A stretch of DNA of 64,000 bases from the human T2T-CHM13v2.0 reference genome, Homo sapiens: NCBI RefSeq assembly GCF_009914755.1, contig NC_060948.1; one strand, 5' to 3'. Below the pieces are notes generated by a model. That model was not told the origin of the DNA. It searched no databases and worked only from the letters and a program-made list of their open reading frames with translations. Shown here piece after piece: positions 14,101-28,800 of the stretch (the stretch's first letter is position 1; each line of letters starts with the position of its first letter). Made by a program: the position numbers and the translations under genes.

Positions 14101-15769
14101 TGAAAGACAAAGTCCTTCCCACCCTTCCTTCTCCTCTCTTCAAGTGGAAGAAAGGGGTGTCTTTCAGTGCTGAAAGCTGTGCAGCCTGGGGTTAGGGTAG
14201 GGATGATTCTAACACTCCCTTGACTTCTCCAGCTGGTGCCTCAGTATGCCAGGTTTCTTCAGTTTTCTGTCTCTGGGCCTAGTTCAGCACTAGGACTCAC
14301 ATACACGTTGCAATTCTTATGGCCTAGACAGCCTTTCAAGTTTACTTTGAGACAGAGTGTGGTAGCCTTTGATGGTGAGGTTTGCAGACACTCAGGTATG
14401 GACCTCTGGTTTCAAGGGATCCTTCTCTGGCTAGGGCTGATTTAAATGCTCCTCCTGTGGGCGGGGGTCAGCTGAATTTGCTCTGGTTTTGCTTTCTGCT
14501 TTAACAGGACAGCACTTATTTCAGCGCCTCACGATTGCTGTGTTTTCTCTCCTTCGGTGTCCAGAGAAGCTCTCTGCACCATGCCAAGGTGGGGGAGTGG
14601 TAGCATCGGTAATTCTACAGGGTTTATTTCTTCAGTGCAACTTTAGGACATATGAAGTTAAAACTAGGTACTATGAGTGCTCGCCTGATTTTTGTTTCTT
14701 ATGAAAGTTTTTTTTTTTCCTGTATAGATAGTTGTTAACTTGGTGTCCTTGCTGGGGGGCAACTATAGGTAGAGCTTTCTATTCTGTCATCTTGCTCTGT
14801 CTCCCTTGTATATTTCCTGCTCTTTCCAAATTAATATGTTAATTTTTCTTATTTTATCTTTCTTAATGAAATAAGTTTTCATTATTACTTATGAGTGACA
14901 CAAACTATTGTACTGATCAAAAGTAAAGATACACTTACTGGTGAAGGGATGCCAATATGTTTTCTTTAGATATCAGGTGAACTTGAGCAAAATGCTTGTT
15001 ACTCCACTTTATAGATAACCTTTGATGCTTAGGCACTGATAAAGAAATCGGAACAAACAAACTCAAAATAAAATGAGCAAACTCATCCCACAAATACTTT
15101 ATTTTATAGAAATAGCACTTTTAGCCAAATGTGAATACAATTGCAATAGCTGTGTTTTTAAGAAAATCAGCAAAATTTTATGTGCTCCATTTTAGTAACT
15201 ATATTTGAAATATCTAAGTTTATTCCCATTATTAAGATTGGACATTGTTATGATTGCGTTTCCTTTCAAAAGATGTATTCTAGCTCAATTTCCCTAGCTT
15301 CCAGGTAAGAATAATAGAAATATTAAAATAGAGCTGTGGTTTGCTATAATTTTACAGGGTATTTTGTGGTCAAGTTCTAAAATTATCAAGAGCATATTTT
15401 TATGTTTTTGAACTTTAAGTTTTTAACAAGATAGTCTATCCTAAATCTTAAATATATTAATCAGCAACAAAATGGCATAGAATGAGAACAGTGTTAAGGA
15501 AACCTTGAAAATAATAAAAAGTATGTGGCTTCTTACATATGACATACTAAGGCAATGCCATTATCATGCTGTATTACAAATAAAATGTAAATTACAATGC
15601 AATGAAAATAATTTCACAATCATTTTATTGTTTTAAGCATACCAATATCTTGAAATTTTTCAGGAAAGAATTGCTTTCAGAAAGATTTGCCTTCTCAAGA
15701 TTGAAGCACATTTTATATTGAATTAACTGATATGCTATGAAACCCAGGCCCCTTGATAAAAAACAGTGA

Positions 15770-16085
<316 letters not shown>

Positions 16086-16811
16086 TGTTGCATTTTCACT
16101 AACTTATGACTTCTCTAGTATTTATATAAAAAACAGAGACAATATCTCTACAAATCAACTTTATATAATTATTTTAACAAATCCTTTGATTATATATAAC
16201 CAAACTGTTCTGTGCACATGGAAAAATGAATATGATAGGAATATGATTCTCAGGTGATTAAAAAATAATATTCTCTTTCATCAAAATAAGCAAATACCTA
16301 CTTGTAAGGAACAATGCAAAGAAAAAGAAATATTTTTGCAAATGATCAACTGTCATTTAAAATAGATAGCATCTAAGTTGCCTTATACCCCAAATGTAAA
16401 TGGACCTTCATATTTTGAACAGTGAAGCCAATTACAGAAATTTGTCATCATTCTTGTCATCTGGGATGATCATTAAAATATCTTTAGTGATTACATCTCT
16501 CATTTTTCTTCTTACTTATCATGTGTTTACAGACATAGCCAATAATATGACTTTTCTACCTAGAATTATTATAAATTCATCACAATGACCGGTACGTAGG
16601 TACTGTTTTACCCCCTCAGAGAGTTCTTTCATTACCTCATTAATTCATAATCCACACAGTTTTCCATGTGTGCAGAACAGTTTGATCTTATATATTCAAA
16701 ATATTTGATTAAATAATTCTATAAGATGGATATGCATAGATATTGTCTCTATTTTTTAGATGAATACTAGATAAATCATAAGCTAGTGAAAAAGCCATAA
16801 TCACTATTTTT

Positions 16812-17496
16812 TTTTCTGACTTTTAGGTTCAGGAGATACATGTGCAGGTCTCTTATATGGGTAAATTGTTTGTCACTTGGGTTTGGTGTACAAATGATCC
16901 CGTCACCCAAGTAGTGAGCACAGTACCTGATAGTATTTCAGTGCTCACTCTCCTCCTACCCTCCCCACTGTAGTAATACCCAGAATCTATTATTCTCATC
17001 TTTGTGTCCACATGTACTCAATGTTTAGCTCCTACTTATAAGTGAGAACATGAGATATTTGGATTCCTGTTCCTGTGCTAATTCACTTAGGATAATGGCC
17101 TACAGCCACATCCATGTTACTGCAAGCGGAATGATTTTATTCTTTTTATGGCTATGTAGTATTCCATGGTGTATATACACCACATTTTCTTTATTCAGTC
17201 CACAGCCAATGGGTATCTAGGTTGATTCCATGTTTTTGCTATTGTGAATAGTGCTGTAATGAACATACACATGAATGCATCTTTATGGCAGAACAATTTA
17301 TATTTCTTTGGGTATATAACCAGGAATAGGATTGCTGGATTGAACAGTATTTCTGTTTTAAGCTCTTTGAGTAATTTCCATTGCTTTCCCCAGTGGCTAA
17401 ACTAATTGACATTTCCACCAACAGCCTATAAGCATTCCCTGTTTTCTGCAACCTCACCAACATGATATTTTTTGACTTTTTAGTAATAGCCATTCC
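16812..17496 (-). mobile_element. 5'-truncated L1PA15/16-like fragment (3' UTR and ORF2 C-terminus)
   Basis: L1PA 3' UTR sequence; ORF2 tail MAITKKSKN; TSD tcactattttt at 16801-16811 and 17503-17513. Confidence 0.85.
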
Positions 17497-17854
17497 AAAA
17501 AGTCACTATTTTTATCCAAGTGCCCCAGTTTCATAGCATATCACTTAATTCAATGTAAAATGTGTTTCAATTTTGACGAGGCAAATATTCCTGAAAGAAA
17601 ATGTGTTCTAAATTTGTTGCTTGACCAACTGTCTTATTTCAAGTGGTGAATATAATACAAGAAGTATAGAAAAGAATGTTTATGGCCTTGAACGATTTTA
17701 CAAATTTGAAGGAAGAGCAAACACCAAAAACATATCTTCTTAGTGGATGTCATTTCCCATTTTCCCACCCTGATGCCTTGCTCTATAAGTCAAATTAGGT
17801 AGATATACAGATTGATAGAAGATAGAATTGTTGATAAAAACAGCAAGAACATTG

Positions 17855-18030
17855 ATACTTAGATTTTAGAATCAGCATTACAAGAGATCCTGAAAATCAT
17901 TTAGTGGAAACCAGAGTCTTATAGAGGAAGCCACTAAAATCTGGAGAATAGTGACTTGCCAAAAATCCAAAATTTTGTTTCAGTGTTAGAGCCAGTCTCA
18001 GAATCTAGGCCTTCTTTCCCCATGTAGTAG
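17855..18030 (-). mobile_element. MIR/MIR3 relic
   Basis: tatagaggaagccact...agtgacttgccaaaa...agagccagtctcagaatctagg resembles the MIR core in reverse. Confidence 0.55.
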
Positions 18031-18986
18031 TTTTTTATATATTTTTAATTTATTCTAATGAATCTTCTAATATCTAAGAGGCAATTCTTGTTTTATGTGA
18101 TAGTTTTTTCAAAAGTCAATCTTGACATATGGGGCCATTACAGCAAACTAATAGGCAAATCTAGCATATATCCTTTGTACTTTAAAAACATTAGACACAA
18201 CTTGATTCTTCAGGTTATATGAAAATAATGAAGTGGTGGTGAATACATAGAACAGATGTGTGTTCATAAAGACCATGTGGTTTTTTTTTTGTTTAATGTA
18301 GTAATGTTTTGATGTGCTGCTGAGGGGCTTATCTTAGGGAGATAGCAAAATGGCAGCTGGTTTTACCCTAGAAGACCTCTTACTAGATAAATTCCAGCTG
18401 TGAATATATGATGTTTCCTTAAATGGGCAAAGAGAAGTTATCCCATATGTAAAATTATTCTCAACATCTGTGCTGCTTTAGGAACCATATTCTCTTTGTA
18501 ATTGGCTTCTGTAAGAGGATTTTTTTCCCTTAAAAATGTAGAGAACTGAATTTGTACAAAATGTTTATAAATAATTCGAAAGAGGACTTTAAAAGTACTT
18601 TTTGCAAGTTTGTTCTTCTTGCAAGTATAAATGTATACAAGTATAAATATATTTGAACAGATCTAAGTACAATCAGTGTTAAACAAGTAGTTAAAGTAGT
18701 ATGTGCCTCACATTATAAAATCTCTGCCTAAAATGACTTGTGGGTGTGCAAAGGTAGACCTGGTACATGTCCATAATTCTATTGGACAAAAGTCTTTTGG
18801 ATTTTGTAAAAATACTATGGAAGCATGCTCCAGAGATTTTGTGGGTTTGATTTCAGACCACTGCAATAAAACGAATATTCAAAAAAGTGAGTCATGGAAA
18901 TTTTTTAGTATAAACATAAAAAAGTTATGTTTATGCTATACTGTAGCTTATTAAGTGTGCAATAGCATTAATGTCTAATAAAATAA

Positions 18987-21172
<2,186 letters not shown>

Positions 21173-21263
21173 AATAAAATAATGTGCGTATCTTAATTTC
21201 AAAATATTTTATTGCTAAAAATGCTAACACTCATCTGAGGCTTCATTGCTTTGAAATCTTTTT

Positions 21264-21329
21264 TTTTAAAGAAAGAAAATGGTGGACTTTAATCTTTATT
21301 TACAGGACACTGTGAGATATGAAATTCCA
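21264..21329 (-). pseudogene. Tiny retroposed 3'-end fragment of an unidentified polyadenylated RNA
   Basis: TSD ttgaaatcttttt at 21251-21263 and 21330-21342. The minus strand has AATAAA (21300-21295) and ATTAAA (21293-21288) 20-27 nt before an A-run. Confidence 0.7.
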
Positions 21330-23257
21330 TTGAAATCTTTTTGCTGGTGAAGGGTCTTGCCTTGATGTTGGCAATGAGGTATGGCTAATGGGGTGGTGGA
21401 TGCTGAAGTTTGGAGTAGTTGTGACAATTTCTTAAAAGAAGATCATAGTAAAGTTTGCTACATTGATTGGCTCTTCCTTTCCTGACAAAAATACTCTGTA
21501 GCATGCAATGCTGTTTGATAGCGTGTTACCCACAGCAAAACTTCTTTCAAGATTTCAGTCAATCCTTTTATACCCTGCCACTGCCTTATCAAGTAAGTTC
21601 ATGTAATATTCTAAATCTTTTGTTGTCATTTCAACAATGTTCACCGCATCTTCACCAGAAGTAGATTTTATCTCAAGAAACCACTTTTTTATCATTCGTA
21701 AGAAGCAACTTTGTATCCATTCAAGTTTTATCATGATATTGCAACAATTCAGTCACATCCTCAAGCTCCACTTGTAAGTCTAGTTCTTTTGCTACTTCCA
21801 CAACATCTACAGTGGCTTCCTTCAATGAAGTCTTGAACCCCTCAAAGTCATCCATGAGTGGGGGAATCACCTTCTTCCAAGCTCTTGTCAATATTGATAT
21901 TTTGACCTCCTCCCATGAATCATGAATGTTCTTCATGGGATTTAGAATGATGAATCTTTTTCAGAACCATTTCCATTTGCATTTCTCAGATTCATCAGAC
22001 AAATCACTAACTATGGCAGCTATAACCTTATGAAATGTAGTTCTTAAATGATAATACTTGAGAGTTGAAATTACTCCTGATTCATGGACTGCAGGATGAA
22101 TGTTTTGTTAGCAGTCATGAAAACAACATTAATTTCCTTTTATATCTTTTTCAGAAGTGTTGGGCGACCAGTTGCATTGTCAATAAGCAAATATTTTGAA
22201 ATTAATCTTTTTTTTAGCATTAGGGATCAACGGTCAGCTTAAAATATTTAATACACCATGCTGTAAACAGATGTGCTGTCATCCAGGCTTTGTTGTTGTA
22301 TGTGTAGAGCACAGGCAGAGTAGATTTAGCATCATCCTTAAGGGCCCTAGCATTTTCAGAATAGTAAATGATCATTGGCTTCAATTTAAAGTCACCAGCT
22401 GCATTAGGCCCTAACAAGAGAGTCAATATGTACTTTGAAGCTTTAAAGCCAGGTATTGACTTCTCTGTAGCCATGAAATTCCTATATAGCATCTTCTTCC
22501 TATATAAGGCTGCTTCATCTACACTGAAAATCTGTTGTTCAGTGTAGCCACCTTCATTAATTATCTTAGCTAGATCTTCCGGATAACTTGCTGCAGCTTC
22601 TTTATAAGCACTTGCTGCACTTTTATATTATGGAGATGGCTTCTTTCCTTAAACCTCATGACCAACCTCTGCTAACTTCATTTTTTTTTTTCCTGTAGCT
22701 TTCTCGCCTCTTTCAGCCTTCGTAGAATTGAAGAGTGTTAGGAACTTTTTCTGGATTAAGCTTTGGCTGAAGGGAACGTTGTGGATGGTTTGATCTTCTA
22801 TCTAGACCTCTGAAACTTTCTCCATATTGGCCATAAGGCAGTTTCACTTTCTATCATTTTTGTGTTCACTGGAGTAGCACTTTCAATTTTCTTCAAGAAC
22901 TTTTCCTTTGCATTAACAATGTGGCTAACTTTTTGGCACAAGAAGCCTAGTTTTCTGCCTATCTTGGCTTTTGGTATGCTTTCCTCAATAAACTTAATCA
23001 TTTTTAGCTTCTAATTTAAATGAGAGACATGTGACTTTTCCTTTCATTTGAACACTTAGAGGCCATTTTAGCGTCATTAACTGGCCTACTTTAAGGAGTG
23101 TTGTATCTCAGAAAATAGGTAGGCTGAAGGAGAAGGAGAGATACATGGAAAGGGCCAGTTCACGTCGCAGTCAGAACAGACAGGACATTCATCAATTAAG
23201 TTTTTCATTTTATATGAGCAAGGTTTGTGGATTCCCAAATAATTATAATAGTAACAT

Positions 23258-23467
23258 CTATAGCCAAAAATAATTAAATTGTACATTTTAAAATAACAAA
23301 AAGTGTAACTAGATTGTTTGTAACACAAAATATAAATGCCTGAAGTGACGGATACTCCATTTAACCTGATGTGACTATTACACATTGCATGCCTGTATCA
23401 AAATATCTAATGTAACCCATAAATACATACACCTACTATGTACCCACAAAAATTAAAAATTATGAAA
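23258..23467 (+). mobile_element. L1MA2/3-like 3' UTR fragment inserted in Tigger1
   Basis: Reverse-complement match to the 3' ends at 6511-6720 and 36440-36650 (catgcctgtatcaaaatatc...tatgtacccacaaaaattaaaaat). Confidence 0.85.
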
Positions 23468-23508
23468 AAGAACACTGATCACAGATTACCATAAGAGATA
23501 TAATAGTA

Positions 23509-23818
23509 GGTGGGGCACGGTGGCTCACCCCTGTAATCCCAACACTTTGGGAGGCTGAGATGGGCAGATCGCTTGAGGTCAGGAGTTCAAGTCCAGACTG
23601 GGCAACATGGCAAAACCTTGTCTCTATAAAAAAAAAAAACAAAAAACAGCTGACTGCCGTAGCGCATGTTTGTAATCCCAGCTACTTGGGAGGCTGAGAC
23701 ATGAGAATGGCTTGAACCTGGGAGGTTGAGGTTGCAGTGAGCTGAGAAGCCAAGATGGTGCCACGGCACTCCAGCCTGGATGACAGAGTGAGACTCTGTC
23801 TCAAATATATATATAGAG
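23509..23818 (+). mobile_element. AluJ-like SINE inserted in Tigger1; tail decayed to (TA)n(GA)n
   Basis: Dimeric Alu; degenerate TSD agagatataatagta / agagataataataa. Confidence 0.88.
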
Positions 23819-24974
23819 AGAGATAATAATAACAAAAAAGTTTTGAACATTGCAAGAATTACCAAAAAGTGACATAGAGACACAAAGTGAGCATTGGCTG
23901 TTGGAAAAATGAAAAATGGCACCAGTAGATTTGCTTAATGTAGGGTTGCTATAAACCTTCAGATTTAAAAAAAAAAAAGCAATATCTATGAAGCACAACG
24001 AAATGAAGCACAATAAAATGAGCTATGTCTGTATTGAGTCTTGTTAATGTTGTTCATGGTGATTAACACAAAATAGTAAATATTCAGACTTTACTAGTTT
24101 GTGAAATATCTGCATACCAACAACCATAACAAGCAGCCAAATGGTTAGGCTGAGAGAACTAGATGCTTTAGTAGCTACTGTATTTGGCATTTATTTGTCT
24201 CATTCTTACTATCTGCTGTCATAGCTGATGAGAGGTTCCTCATAAAGATGACTGGAAAAAGATTATCTGAAACCATTATGTATTGGCTGAGTCTCAATCA
24301 CAAATGATACCAGAGTTTGTTTTTCAAGCACATTAGACAAATAGATGTCAATAAAATTGTGTAGATATATTTTGTTTTAAAAAATAATGATAATTTAAGA
24401 AAATAGTTATAAGAACAAAAAATCAATATTAACATCTGCAAAATCTTAAATAGATATAATTAATGTATGTTGCTAAGTAGAGCATTTTTTAATGATAATG
24501 TTAACAGTTTTTTAAAAATTGACCAGGATGTGTAGAGTCAAAAATGCCACTGCCTTGTTACCAGTTATCTTTGAATGCAATTTCTAATTAAATATTCCAA
24601 AAGTGGTCTGAACAATGGTAGCCCACTTGTGAGTAATGAATACAGCCTCTCAGGACAGCTATCTGGAAATTAATGGCATTTGTCTAAATATGTATGTTCT
24701 GATAAGTTTGTTAAACACCAGTTGTATTAATATACAGCCATGCTTCATATAGTGTCTAGTTATGATGTGATACTAATTATTATCTTTCTCATTGATCCCA
24801 TGTGATCTAATAATTATTTGTAGAGCCATGTAGGTGTTTGCATGTGTACACACACACATACACACACATTGCCCATTGAAAATGAAAAAGAACAGTCTCA
24901 TTGCCTGTGTTCTAGGCACACTACACCTTCGTTTATAATCTTACATGTATCAGAAAAAACTTTATGCTATAAAT

Positions 24975-25077
24975 CCGGAGTCAGTAAACTATGAATCCTG
25001 GGCACATACAACACATACAATCTTTCCAGGAGCTACAGATTTTTTTTTTTAACATTTTTAAGTGTTGAAATAAATCA
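24975..25077 (+). mobile_element. MER58B (hAT-Charlie) left part
   Basis: ccggagtcagtaaactatg...aacatttttaagtgttgaaa; continues at 32311 after the L1; 8-bp TSD ctataaat (24967-24974) / ctgtagat (32542-32549). Confidence 0.7.
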
Positions 25078-25083
25078 GATTTA

Positions 25084-25866
25084 GAGGGTAAGATGGCTCA
25101 ATAGACACAACCAGGTGGAACAGCTAACACTGAGGGATCGAGACAACTGGCACACTTCTAACAGATCTTCAGTGGTAAGGCACTGAGAGTGGATGGAGGA
25201 AAGTCACAGAAGCTGGGCTGAAGAGGAAGGAAGCTGGAAACACTGCATAGGGCTACTTCACACCAGGACTCATTCTTGGCCCCCAGTGACCCCAGGAGAA
25301 CAGGCGAGTTAAACTGTCAAGGAGTAACCTGCTTTTGTCAAGAGCCTCTGGAATCCCAGCAGGAGGAGACCCCCTTGACCCCACTAACAGTATTACACAC
25401 ATCATTGAGGCAGAACATTTGCAAAGATATTCAGGACCTGAACTTAACACTATATCAAGTGGACCTGATAGACATCTACAGAAAGTTCCATTCAAAAGCA
25501 ATATTATATACATTCTTCTCATCACCACATGGCATATACTCTAAAATCAACCGCATAATCAGACACACTCTTCAGCAAGTGCAAAGGAACTGAAATTATA
25601 ATAACCACTCTGTTGGACCACAGCACAATTAAATCAGGAATCAGGTCTAAGAAATTTTCTTAAAACCATACGATTACATGGAAACTGAATAACCTGCTCC
25701 TGAATAACTTTCAGGTAAATAATGAAATTGAGCCAGCAATCAAGTTATTTGAAACTAATGAGAATAAAGATACAACATTCAAGAATCACTGGGACACAGC
25801 GAAGGCAGTGTTTAGGGGGAAACTTATAGCACTAAACGCCCACAGCAACAATTTAAAAGGATCTCA
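25084..25866 (+). mobile_element. Older L1PA (PA13-class) 5' end fused by internal deletion to an ORF2 endonuclease segment
   Basis: Starts gagggtaagatggc. After ~300 bp of 5' UTR it jumps at ~25380 into KDIQDLN..DIYR (ORF2 EN), paralogous to ~28700-29180. Confidence 0.8.
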
Positions 25867-28800
25867 GTGGGGCAGGGCCAAGATGGCCAACTAGAAGCAG
25901 CAGAGATCGGAGGTTGCCATGGAAAAGAACCATAACAGCATGCAAATCCAGAACCGGCAAGTGAGGTATCCAGGTTCTGTCATCAGGACTGACTCGGCAG
26001 CTGGCGTGGTCCATGGAGAGGAAGGAAGAACAGTGTGGTTTGACGGCCCACCCAAGAGCCACATGAGGCAGGGGAGCCCCCAGTCCCAAGCCAAGGGAGG
26101 CAGTGAGTGAATGTGCTACCCAGCCTGGGAAACCGTGCTTTTTCACTGAACTGTGCAACCCATGAACCAGAAGATTCCACTCATGAGCCCATGCCACCAG
26201 GGCCTAAGGCCCCAACCACGGAGCTGCATAGATTCTCAAAAGCCACTCAGCACAAAATGGCTTAAGCCTGCCAGTCTTCCCGTGGGAGCGCAGCCAGCAT
26301 CACAGCTGCTGCTGTCTGCTGTCTAAGTCATTTGAGCTCCTTGTGGGAGGGGTGGCAACCAGCATTGGGACTAATAGCTGCCTAACACTAAGCTCCCAGG
26401 GCAAGGGAAGGGCAGCAGCCATCTCTATAGCTCCAGGTCATGCTTTTTCCCTGCTGGAGCCAGGGAGGCTGGATGGCTTGGTCCCAAGAGGTATCCCCCA
26501 CAGCCCAACACACCAGTTGTGGCAGACTGCGGCCAGAGCACCTCCTCAGACCTGACCCTGACCCATTCTTCCTCATTGGGCAGGGCCTCCCTGCAGGAAC
26601 TCCAACTCTAGCCCCAGGAACTCAGGAACAGAAGTCTGATCTCTCTGGGCCTGAGTTCCTAGCAGGAGGGGTGGCCTCAGTCTCTGTGGACCAGCAGACA
26701 TAGTCTTTCCTCCTGCTAGTTCTGAGAAATCTGGGAAGCCCAGATGAGTAGGATTCCCCCCAATAAAACACACTCCCTCCACCAAGAAACAGTCAAAGTG
26801 CTTTGTTAAACGGGTCCTGCTCCCCATGCCACCCAACTGGGTGAGACCCTCCAGAAGGGGTTGTCAGACACCGTATTCAGGAGGGTACATATTGGCACCA
26901 GGTCAGTGCCCCTTAGGGTCAGAGATCCCAGAGGGAGGAGCATGCACCCATCTTTGCTGTTCTCCAGCCTCCTCGAGTGACATCTCCAGGCACAGGAATG
27001 AACCAGATGAATAGGGCCTGAAGTGAACCCCCAGAAAACCCCAACTTCCCTACAGAAGAGGGACCTAACCATTGAAAGAAAAACAAACAAACAGAAAGCA
27101 ACAACAACAGCATCAACAAAACCCCATCCAAGGGTCAGCAGCCTCAAAGATCAAAACTGGACAAACTCATGAAGATGAGAAAGAATCAATGAAAAAATTC
27201 TGAAAACCCAAAAGGCCAGTGTACCTCTTCTCCAAATGATCCCAACGCCTTTCCAGCAAGGGCACAGAACTGGTTGGAGGATGAGATGGACAAACTGACA
27301 GAAGTATACTTCAGAAGGCACTGAGCTAAAGGAGCATTTTCTATCCCAGTGCAAAGAAGCTAAGAACCTTCATAAAAGGTTACAGGAGCTGCTAACTAGA
27401 ATAACCAGTACAGAGAGAAACATAAATGACCTGATGGAGTTGAAAAACACAGCACAAGAACTTCGTGAAGCATACACAAGTATTGATAGCTGAATCAATG
27501 AAGCAGAAGAAAGGATATCAGAGGTTGAAGATGATCTTGCTGATATAAGATATGCAGAGAAGATTAGAAAATAAATAAAGAAATGGAACAAACAAAACCT
27601 CTGAGAAATACGGGGCAATGTAAAAACACCAAACCTACGATTGATTGGAGTACCTGAAAGAGACGGGGAGAATGAAACCAAGTTAGAAAACACACTTCGG
27701 GTTATTATCCAGGAGAACTTCCCCAACCTAGAAAGGCAGGGCAGCATTCAAATTCAGGAAATACAGAGAACACCACTAAGATACTCCATGAGAAGATCAA
27801 CCCCAGAACACATAATCATTAGATTCTCCAAGGTAGAAATGAAGGAAAAAATGTTAAGGGCAGCCAGAGAGAAAGGCCAAGTCACCTACAAAGGGAAGCC
27901 CATCATACTAACAGCAGATCTCTCAGCAGAAACCCTACAGGCCAGAAGAGAGTGGGGGCCAATATTCAACATTCTTAAAGAAAAGCATTTTCAACCCAGA
28001 ATTTCATATCCAGCCAATCTAAGCTTCATAGGCAAAGGAGAAATAAAATCTGTTCCAGACAAGCAAATACTGAAGGATTTCATCATCACTAGGCCTACCT
28101 TGCAAGAGCTCCTGTAGGAAGCACTAAATATGGAAAGGAAAAATCAGTACCAGCCACTGCAAAAACAAACCAAAATATAAAGACCAATGACACTATAAAG
28201 AAACTGCATCAATTAGTGTGCAAAATAACGAGCTAGCATCATGCTGACAATATCAAATTCACCCATAACAATATTAACCTTAAAGGTAAATGGGCTAAAT
28301 GCCCCAATTAAAAGACACAGACTGGCAAATTGGATAAAGAGTCAAGACCCATCAGTGTGCTGTATTCAGGAGACCCATCCCACATGCAAAGACACACATA
28401 AGCTCAAAATAAAGGGAGGGAGGAAAATTTACCAAGCAAATGGAAAGCAACAACAACAACAAAAAGCAGGGGTTGCCATCCTAGTCTCTAACAAAACAGA
28501 CTTTAAACCACAAAAGATCAAGAAAGACAAAGAAGGGCATTACATAATAGTAAAGGATTCAATGCAACAAGAAGAGCTAACTATCCTAAATATATATGCA
28601 CCCAATACAGGAGCACCCAGATTCATAAAGCAAGTCCTTAGAGAACTACAAAGAGACTTGGACTGACACACAATAATAGTGGAAGACCTTAACACCCCAC
28701 TGTCAATATTAGACAGATCAATGAGACAGAAAATTAACAAGGATATTCAGGACTTGAACTCAGCCCTGGATTGAGTGGACATCTACAGAACTCTCCACCA

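Noticed and set aside
13198-14704. Cluster of GC-richer plus-strand ORFs up to 149 aa
   Set aside because: They lie antisense in the L1MA 5' UTR; the ORFs at 45701-46672 in the other copy's 5' UTR do not reproduce these frames.
21721-23001. Transposase-like ORFs as a domesticated TIGD-type gene
   Set aside because: Fragmented by stops and frameshifts inside an ordinary Tigger1 copy.
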